64,000 bases of DNA from Mobula birostris (taxonomy: Eukaryota), in NCBI RefSeq assembly GCF_030028105.1, contig NC_092401.1:7660984-7724983 (forward strand). The letters are read 5' to 3'. Made by a program: the position numbers and the translations under genes. Under the pieces are notes generated by a model. That model saw only the letters and a program-made list of their open reading frames with translations. It had not been told where the DNA came from and searched no databases. Shown here one piece after another: positions 56,017-64,000 of this stretch (position 1 is its first letter; every line of letters starts with the position of its first letter).

Positions 56017-57120
56017 CTAAGAAAAGTAAAACGGAAACAAATTGAGCAGCCCTTCTCAACGATACCTCACGCCATCCGTTCTCTGATAAGTATGAAGACC
56101 AAACTAAGCAACATACTGATTCATCTGTCGACAGGGATTTCAGAGCATGTCTGGTGCCTTTGTTTCATTGAAGTCCAAGTTCAGGTAAAATTTGGTTTAC
56201 CTAGTGAAGTGTTATTTTATACAGACCCAGTGAGAGGCTGCCTCATACTGAAAGAAACTCAATAATTCCTCTTGGCTCTGACTGCTTAAGGCTCCTCCAG
56301 AGAGAGAGTGTTCATAACTGTTAGATCAAGATTCTGGTCCATTTGTTTCTCACATGTAACAGGTAGTGAGATTTCCGTTAACAACCAACACAGACCAAGG
56401 ATGTGCAGGAAGCAGTCTGCAAATGTTAGCACACATTCCATTGCCAATGTGGTATGACCACCATGTTCCACAACAGCAGACAAGCAACAAGAACAACACA
56501 AGGGAAACAACAAAACAATCTCTTTTCTCACTCTCAATCCACCCACTCTCACACACAAACCTTCAACGTCTGGTACTTGGCCTGGACTTACAGTCGTCAG
56601 GCCTTTGAGCTCTAGGCATGCTGATTTTTGGATCTTGGCTGACTTTGACCTTCAACCTCCAGACTGTTGCACAAGAGCAGGAAGAGTGAGTTCCTGTGCA
56701 TTTCTATTTTTCAGTGTGGAGGGGTTCTTGAGCCACTCTTTGGCCTGAACGATGTTCTATCACAATGTTGAAGTTTCTCGACTGGGTCAAATGAAGATTC
56801 ATCCGCTTTCATCCACAAGCGAGGGAAGCAGGAATCTATGAGCTGGGGAAGCTGTTATACTCAGTAAACTAGGCAGCTTAGCGTTTATTCAAAGTTATAA
56901 TCAGCCAGAATAAAGACCACACTTCCCTTCGGCTAATGGATCAAACACTATATTTACAGTATTCCCAACCTAAAAAAAAAACTAAAGCAAAGACTCCACA
57001 AGACACAGCTCAGTACTCTGAATTAAAGTAGAAAGTTTTGGAAACACTCTGAAGATCCTTCATTACAACAGTTCTGTCAAATGGTCTCCGGTCTGAATTG
57101 TTAACATTTCTCCTTCCGTA

Positions 57121-57816
57121 TGTAGCCCCCCCCGGCCACTCTCAGGGTCGCTCGGCTTGCTGTCGTCTAGGGAAACAGCCCTCGGCCCCGCCAAACTGGG
57201 TAATTAGTTTGTGTGGATGCTGTGTGATGTATCCCACCCCGCCCAAATGACAGACAAAACACCAGATATGAATAGATGATTTACAGTTTATAGATATTAC
57301 TGGAACTATATACTTAATAGAGAGTAAAATATAAAAGCAAAATAAAAGGAACCACACTTATCAAACTTCAATCTCTTCGTGCACAAAACAGTTGGAGCTC
57401 TAGAACCTTTTTCTTCACCCTGCGACCCCTCGGACCACCTCGACCGGCTGCCTGGGACCAACAATGGTGGTCGACCAGACGCTCCACATGAGTCCATCTC
57501 CGTCTCCTCACCGAACGTCCTCCTTAGGGTCTGACCCCGTTAGTGGACATCACAGCGCCTGGTCCATCCTCCGTCTCGCTCTCCCGCCTTCTCCCTCAAA
57601 ACCCCGTGCATACAAATCTTCCAGATACACCAAGTTATAACAACTATACCAATTGGTTCATAACGTCCTCTTATCACCCCCTAAACCCACAACAAGCTGC
57701 TAGCGCAAAGCTTTCTCAGCGTTCAACATAACAAAGAAGCATTCCCGATTATAACATAACAAAGAAGTCATTTTAATTAGCCTCCACAGTAACATAAAAG
57801 ACGAAACCCCCTTACA
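57121..57816. mobile_element. Solo LTR (696 bp), same family and orientation as 31032-31727
   Basis: TGTAG...TTACA termini with 4-bp TSD cgta/cata. Confidence 0.88.
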
Positions 57817-58399
57817 CATAGATGCTGCCTGACCTGATATTTACTGTCTCTATTTCAGGTTTCCAGCATCACCTCCCTGAACAAGAAGACACAGCAGCGT
57901 CTCCACTTCCTAGGAAGATTCAGGTTAGCTGGCTCCCTACCCCCATCTTAACTGCATTTTATAGGAGCTCCACTGACAGCATCCTGACAAGCTGCATCTC
58001 CATCTGGTATGGGAGCAGAAGAGCATCGGACCAGAAGTTTCCACAAAGGACTGAAAACAGCTGAGAGGATCATAGGGGTCTCCCTACCATCCATCAGGGT
58101 TATTTATCAGGAGCACTACGTTTTTGGAGTTCTAACATTTTCCGTCATTCATTCATTGGGTTTATTCCTGTTTTGTAGATGTCTGCATAGAGTAAGAATC
58201 TCAGGTTGTATTTTGTATAGATTCTCTGAAATTAAATTGAACCATTGAAATAATCTTTAAATATTGAGCTTTGAAATGAGGATCATGGTTCACAGAAGTT
58301 TATCTTTGAACAGACCTTGCTGAGTCAGGTTGTGTATTTTGTCTCAGCACTCAGTGTGTAGGATTGTGCATGTGATATGAATGGCTAATACAGGGGGCG

Positions 58400-58745
58400 T
58401 TTTTTACGATGATTGGAGGAAATTATAGGTGGATGCAAGAGGTAAGTTTTTTACAGAGTGACTGGCGGGTGCATGGAATGTGCTGCCAGGGTAGTGGTAA
58501 AGGCAGACACATTAGGGGCATTTAATAAAATCTTAGGCACATGAACGAGAGGAAAATGGAGGGATATGTAGGATGGAAACAGGGAATCCCAGTCTGGGAT
58601 CCACAGACCCCTTGCTTACTGGTATTGATGCCTGGCACAAAAAAAGTTTGGGAACCCCTGGAAGGAAGGATGAGATTGATATTAGAGTAGGTTAAAAAGT
58701 CGGTACAAGACCGCGTGCTGGTGTTCTGTGTTCTATATTCTATGA
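58400..58745 (+). mobile_element. CR1 3' end containing an ~80-bp hAT-like MITE (58580-58660)
   Basis: CR1 tail motifs; MITE caggg..tttgggaacccctg with flanks gatggaaa/gaaggaag. Confidence 0.7.
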
Positions 58746-59719
58746 CCAGCAAACGCAATCAGTGCTGCTTTCATTATATTCAATGCATTTATTGTCATTT
58801 CTGTCAACATCCCTATCCCAAGTGATTCTTCAGCCTGGAAGTTTCAAATGACTTTGAACTCCAAAGTTGCAAATTTATTTTAATTCAAACGGGTGATAGT
58901 TAACTTGCAAATTCGCATTACAGGCCTGAGTAGAAAGTGTGCTTGGTTACCTAATCCCAGCTCTCCAGCATTTTCTGGTGAATGCTGGGAATTTGGTGAC
59001 AACTAGCAAGAATGACAAAAAAATAATTGAAATGCCCATGGCTCCAATGTTCTGGAATACAAAGAGAATGAGTGGTTACTTATGGTTCCATTTGGACTGC
59101 CTTTTCAGTGCTTTCTAGCTTTCTGTGAACATCAGAAGATATTAGCTTTGGAAGGAATTCTATACCAGTACACCAGGATGTTGTCAGGGCAGAAGGACTA
59201 AATAACAGGATCTTGCCATATATTTTCTTAAATACAAAAGAATGAAGAGAGACGTACAGACTCCTTGCAGACAGCAGTGGGAATTGAACCTGATCTTTTG
59301 TTGGTTCAGTAAAACATTATGCTGACCTCTATGCCACCGTGAAGCCCCTCAAGTTGATACTTTCGATGAAGATGTCAGATGACCTGGGCTGTAGTCAATG
59401 ACTCTCTGCAGCTTCTTGCTTTCCTGTGCATTGGAATTGCCATAGCAAGCCACGACGAGACCAGTCATGATACTTTCTACAGTGCATCTCTCAAGGTCAG
59501 TTTGAGTATTCGGTGATATGCTGAACTTCCCTCGGTTTCTCAGCATTTGAAGCTTCTGACTCTCCCCACTGCCGACGCACAATCAAAGCTGGTGGTGTTG
59601 GTGAATTTGTAGGCAGTTTTGAAGTTGTGCTGAGCCACATAGCCGTGGGTGTGAAGAGAGTTAGGCTTTTTTAGGAAACAAGCAGCCCTGGACGTAATCT
59701 GTTGATGGTGATACTGGCG

Positions 59720-59810
59720 TGACCCTGTCTCAGACTGTGACTCACTGTGGGGTACTCAATGTAAACATATTTCCCAGCAGACAGATCACTTCCTCATCGG
59801 ATACAAGAAA
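59720..59810 (-). other. Third copy of the post-D1 intronic segment
   Basis: ctcagactgtgactcactgtggg..tgtaaacatatttcccagcag matches 37287-37340 and 6568-6619. Confidence 0.6.
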
Positions 59811-59919
59811 GCATTCACTGTCAAGGTCTCTGATACGCATGATCCCAGTATCATTTATTTATTTATTTGTCCACCTACTTGTTTATTTATTGTGTGTTTA
59901 TTTATTTATCGAGATACAG

Positions 59920-60622
59920 TATAGAAACATAGAAAATAGGTGCAGGAGCAGGTCATTCGGCCCTTTGAGCCTGCACCACCATTTAGTATGATCATGGCTG
60001 ATCATCCAACTCAGAACCCTGTACCAGCCTTCCCCCCATACCCCCGATCCCCTTAGCCACAAGGGCCATATCTAACTCCCTCTTAAATATAGCCAATGAA
60101 CTGACCTCAACTGTTTCCTGTGGCAGAGAATTCCACAGATTCACCACTCTCTGTGTGAAGAAGTTTTTTCCTAATCTCAGTCCTAAAAGGCTTCCCCTTT
60201 ATCCTCAAACTGTGACCCCTCATTCTGGACTTCCCCAACATCGGGAACAATCTTCCTGCATCTAGCCTGTCCAATCCCTTTAGGATTTTATATGTTTCAA
60301 TAAGATCCCCCCTCAATCTTCTAAATTCCAACGAGTATAAGCCTGGTCGATCCAGTCTTTCATCATATGAAAGTCCTGCCATCCCAGCATGGAATAGGCC
60401 CTTTGAGACATGCTGCCCAGTTATCCTCCTGATTGAATCCTAGGCTAATCACGGGACAGTTTACAATGGCCAATTAACCTCCCAACCAAAAAGTCTTTGG
60501 ATTGTAGGAGGAAGCCAGAGCACCCAGAGGAAACCCACGTGGTGGCGGGGAGAACATACTAACACATTACAGGCAGTGAATTGAACCCATGCCACTGTAG
60601 TTGTGTTAACCACTACACTACC
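59920..60622 (-). mobile_element. CR1 3' end (59920-60388) adjoining an HE1-like SINE (60390-60622)
   Basis: ORF 60107-60382 reads LYSLEFRRLRGDLIETYKIL; SINE core gggaggaagccagagcaccc. Confidence 0.82.
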
Positions 60623-61159
60623 ATGTCATTTTTTTTTGTGTATTTGCAGTTTGGCTTCTTTTGCACTTTGTTTTTTTTATGGCTGTTAGCAGTCCAACTT
60701 GAAGGTGCATTATCGCCACCAACTGGACTGGAGTGTGGTGTAGGGAGTTGGGAAAGAATGTCCTTCCTGCTTCTCTTTCAAATGAAAGCTAAGTTACCCC
60801 CAAAAGCCCTGCAGATTGTAAGTAATGAAAGGCAATGCTGTGAATTTAATTAAAGTTACTTCCAAAACCTAACACAGTTTTAAAATGAAATCAATCGAAA
60901 CCCAACGATTGTAATGAAGCCTGCATTTGATTTCTTTCAACCTTATACGTGCCACACTGTAATAATGTGTGTTCAACATTTATTGATTCCATTGCGTTTC
61001 TTTGCAAGAAAATGAATCTCAGGACAGTATACTGTATAGTGACATATATGTACTTTGATAATAGATTTACTTTAAGCTTTGTGTATAACATTTTTCAAAG
61101 CGTATACTGTTTTCATTTATAGAGAGTTATAATTAATATTCTGCTAACGAATATGCTTA

Positions 61160-61280
61160 GATCCTGAAGAAGGGTCTCAGCCTGAAACGTTGACTGTTTA
61201 TTGCTTTCAGTAGATGCTGCCTGACCTGCTGAGTTCCTCCAGCATTTCGGATTTCCAGCATCTGCAGACTTCCTCCTGTT
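61160..61280 (+). ncRNA. Penelope-terminus fragment with the best-preserved minimal hammerhead ribozyme core
   Basis: CTGAAGA(61164) AGG-GTCTCAG-CCT GAAAC GTT GACTG(61196). Stem I is partly mismatched. Confidence 0.5.
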
Positions 61281-61304
61281 TAAGCTTAGATAGAGATTGC
61301 ATTT

Positions 61305-61424
61305 ATTGTATACTGTGTCTCCGATTCATTACAGTCTGCGCTTCGTTGGAATTATGTTCCTGGTTTACATTCCACATTCATTGTTGAGTTTACACATGTT
61401 GTCCAACAGGTCACCTCTGGAGTC
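61305..61424 (-). pseudogene. Decayed 5' half of an Ig-domain-1 exon of the upstream ICAM-like paralog
   Basis: Reads EVTCWTTCVNSTMNVECKPGT* versus EVTCSTMCNNQTMIMEYKPGM in the intact D1. In-frame TAA at 61352-61354. Confidence 0.8.
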
Positions 61425-61504
61425 TGCAGCAGTGTGTATCAACGGGAGTTCTGTGGAACCCGGCCGCGAGATATCATTGATCGTCGGTGAACAGGGAGGC
61501 CATT

Positions 61505-62335
61505 GATAATTGGTGAGTGTTGTATTGCACGGAGGGGAGGATGTTAGGCTGATAATTGGTGAGCGCTGTATTCACGGAGGGGAGGATGTTAGGTTGATAA
61601 TTGGCGAGTGCTGTATTCACAGAGGGGAGGATGTTAGGTTGATAATTGGTGAGCGCTGTATTCACGGAGGGGAGGACGGTAGGTTGATAATTGGTGAGCG
61701 CTGTATTCACGGAGGGGAGGATGGTAGGTTGATAATTGGTGAGCGCTGTATTCACGGAGGGGAGGACGGTAGGTTGATAATTGGTGAGCGCTGTATTCAC
61801 GGAGGGGAGGATGTTAGGCTGATAATTGGTGAGTGTTGTATTCACGGAGGGGAGGATGTTAGGCTGATAATTGGTGAGTGTTGTATTCACGGAGGGGAGG
61901 ATGTTAGGCTGATAATTGGTGAGTGTTGTATTCACAGAGAGGAGGATGTTAGGCTGATAATTGGTGAGTGTTGTATTCACGGAGGGGAGGATGTTAGGCT
62001 GATAATTGGTGAGTGTTGTATTCACGGAGGGGAGGATGTTAGGCTGATAATTGGTGAGTGTTGTATTCACGGAGGGGAGGACGGTAGGTTGATAATTGGT
62101 GAGCGCTGTATTCACGGAGGGGAGGATGTTAGGCTGATAATCGGTGAGCGCTGTATTCACGGAGGGGAGGATGTTAGGCTGATAATTGGTGAGCGCTGTA
62201 TTCACGGAGGGGAGGATGTTAGGCTGATAATCGGTGAGTGTTGTATTCACGGAGGGGAGGATGTTAGGCTGATATTTGGTGAGTGTTGTATTGCACAGAG
62301 GGGTGGCCGGTGGGCTGATAGTTGGCGAGCGCTGT
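61505..62335. repeat. Minisatellite, 45-bp unit, ~18 copies
   Basis: Unit gataattggtgagtgttgtattcacggaggggaggatgttaggct. It produces the 15-aa periodic ORFs on both strands. Confidence 0.96.
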
Positions 62336-62349
62336 AGCATGCAAATAGA

Positions 62350-63746
62350 CAAATGGAGTGAACTTTTTGAAAACCTTGTCAATTCACCCTGTGTTCAGAG
62401 CTGCTTTTGAGAAGGTGCAGGTTTCTCCTGAGCAGAATGATGAGCAGAAACGGGGAACTGTGTGATACACCCAGTCTAAACCTATCATGTTACGTCTTGA
62501 AGGAGTAGCTAGAGTGACAGGAACCCCAGAATTTGCCGGATTGTCCGAGGACTGGAAAAGAAGAGTAACTGAGAAGATGTTGGGACACGAAGATGCGTTT
62601 TCTACTGACGAGACTGATGTTGGTTTCTCCAGGAGTACTTGCCACGCTATTGGAGCGAACGAAGGCACCCCTTTCTGAGAGAGGTCTCGCCGGTTAGCAC
62701 CAGCGGAGCGTGACAATGTCTGGTTGCACCAGCTTAAACTGTTTGGGGGGGGAGGGTTACCTGAGCTGCCGGAAGACACATATGGTAGACAGGGAGAGGC
62801 ACTCTGTAGAAGACAGGAAGGATCACAAGAGGTGATTGTAGCTGGGGGAGCTGACGATGGGACAAAGAGGTCTCAAAGGGTCAGGAAATGGCCGCAGATT
62901 GACTGGCCTTTGGCACACCAGCGGAACAGTGTGTTGTGTCTATCCCCCTTATGAAATACGTCACTACCACTCACAAATGGATTGGAGGTCCTGACATCAC
63001 AAAATTCCTTTGGAACTGTGTTATTAATGGTGGGTTGATAAATTTCGAAGTCTTGAGGCCATGACTATTGTTGGTGGGGGAGAGTGTAACGCCCTGGCTA
63101 AGATTTTTACTGTTATGATGTAGGTACAGTATTTCACTTTAGCTGTTCTGCAAGAGCAGTCTGTTCTGCTTTCAGCCTGCTTGGGTCTGAGCTGAGGAAA
63201 GAGGCTTTGTTGTCCACCTTAGGAATGTGGAGTCAGCCAGTCGGGATGGTGCAGGTCGGGAGGACGCTGCGCTGCGAGTTTTTGTGAGGGACACGGGTGT
63301 GGGTCGAGGTCTTTACTGGTGGCAGCTGGGAGAAGACAGGAGGGAAGATGGCTGAGGATGCCGTCCCTGTTGGTTAAGGAGGGGAAGCACAGGCTTCAGA
63401 GGGGAAGGACCAATATTCTCATGGGAGAATATTGTTCCAGATGGACTTCGAGCAACATTGGGAAGATGGTATGTGCTCTCACGCAGACCAAGGGTCCAGC
63501 GCGTGAGTGACAGACAAGCTCAAAATGAGCTCCAACTGAAGTGCACATTTGACTGTTTAAGATTAATGGGCTTTTTTTTGGGTTTTTTTCTTTCCTTTAA
63601 GAACTGTTTGCTTAAATTAGCATTCTTAAATATAATTTTTATAATTGTATTCAGTGTACGATCTGTTACTTCTTGCCGACGGGCGATTGCCAAGGGCAGT
63701 AAATCATACAGCATTCACAGAAACCAGGGTGTGGGTGGGCGTGACA
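62350..63746 (+). mobile_element. Gypsy element remnant: pol fragments, PPT and 3' LTR (63085-63746)
   Basis: DAFSTDETDVG..H.I..TPF.ERSRRLAP (RT start), RSQRVRK (integrase tail), PPT ggtgggggagag, and LTR TGTAAC...GTGACA. Confidence 0.78.
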
Positions 63747-63769
63747 CCCCAATCTCATGGATCAAAGTC

Positions 63770-64000
63770 GTATACAGCCTGGACGTACGAAGCCTGATAC
63801 GGTGGTAGAGGCAAGGACATTGGATGCTTTTAAGGGACATTTGGATAGGCACATGGATGTACTGAAAGGAAAATGGAAGGATATGGACATTGTGTAGGTA
63901 GGAGAGATCAGCGTTTGGGTGTTTTTTGATTTACTTTTCAGCTGTTTTGGCACAATATTGTGGGACGAAGGGCCTGTTCCTGTGCTGTATTCTTCTGTGT
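63770..64000 (+). mobile_element. CR1 3' end
   Basis: tttaagggacatttggataggcacatggat..gaagggcctgttcctgtgctgta. Confidence 0.8.

Noticed and set aside
61297-61506. Plus-strand ORF with Ig-looking INGSSVEPGREISLIVGEQ
   Set aside because: It overlaps the minus-strand D1 relic, which explains the sequence better. There is no Cys/Trp Ig core on the plus strand.
12428-62335. Regularly spaced repeats as possible CRISPR arrays
   Set aside because: Units are contiguous tandem repeats without unique spacers, the context is vertebrate, and there are no cas genes.

Overview
Eukaryotic genomic DNA, most likely a cartilaginous fish (ray/shark-type repeat landscape: HE1-like tRNA SINEs, CR1, Rex1/Babar, Penelope-like and Tc1 remnants). 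The species assignment is inferred from repeat types only. The one intact gene is a minus-strand ICAM-like type I membrane protein with 8 coding exons from 40320 to 18807 (signal peptide, six Ig domains, TM plus tail). All its introns are phase 1, and the exons join to 2013 nt = 670 aa. It is flanked on the same strand by decayed paralog fragments: upstream a D1 remnant at ~61.3-61.4 kb and a last-Ig remnant at 55755-56016; downstream a D1 remnant plus intron at ~6.5-7.0 kb. This points to a tandem ICAM birth-and-death array. The intact gene carries three cryptic isoform switches: an orphan in-phase TM/cytoplasmic terminal exon in intron 2, a 45-nt in-frame mini-exon with its own ATG next to an intronic CpG-rich region, and overlapping donors at the last Ig exon that would give a soluble form. 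Other notable items are a Gmr1-type LTR retrotransposon (integrase upstream of RT), Penelope-derived minimal hammerhead-ribozyme motifs including a two-headed palindrome, several nested TE insertions with readable TSDs, and three minisatellites. Exon, LTR and TSD coordinates were read base by base. Boundaries of degenerate repeats are approximate, and repeat family names come from motif recognition, not database searches.
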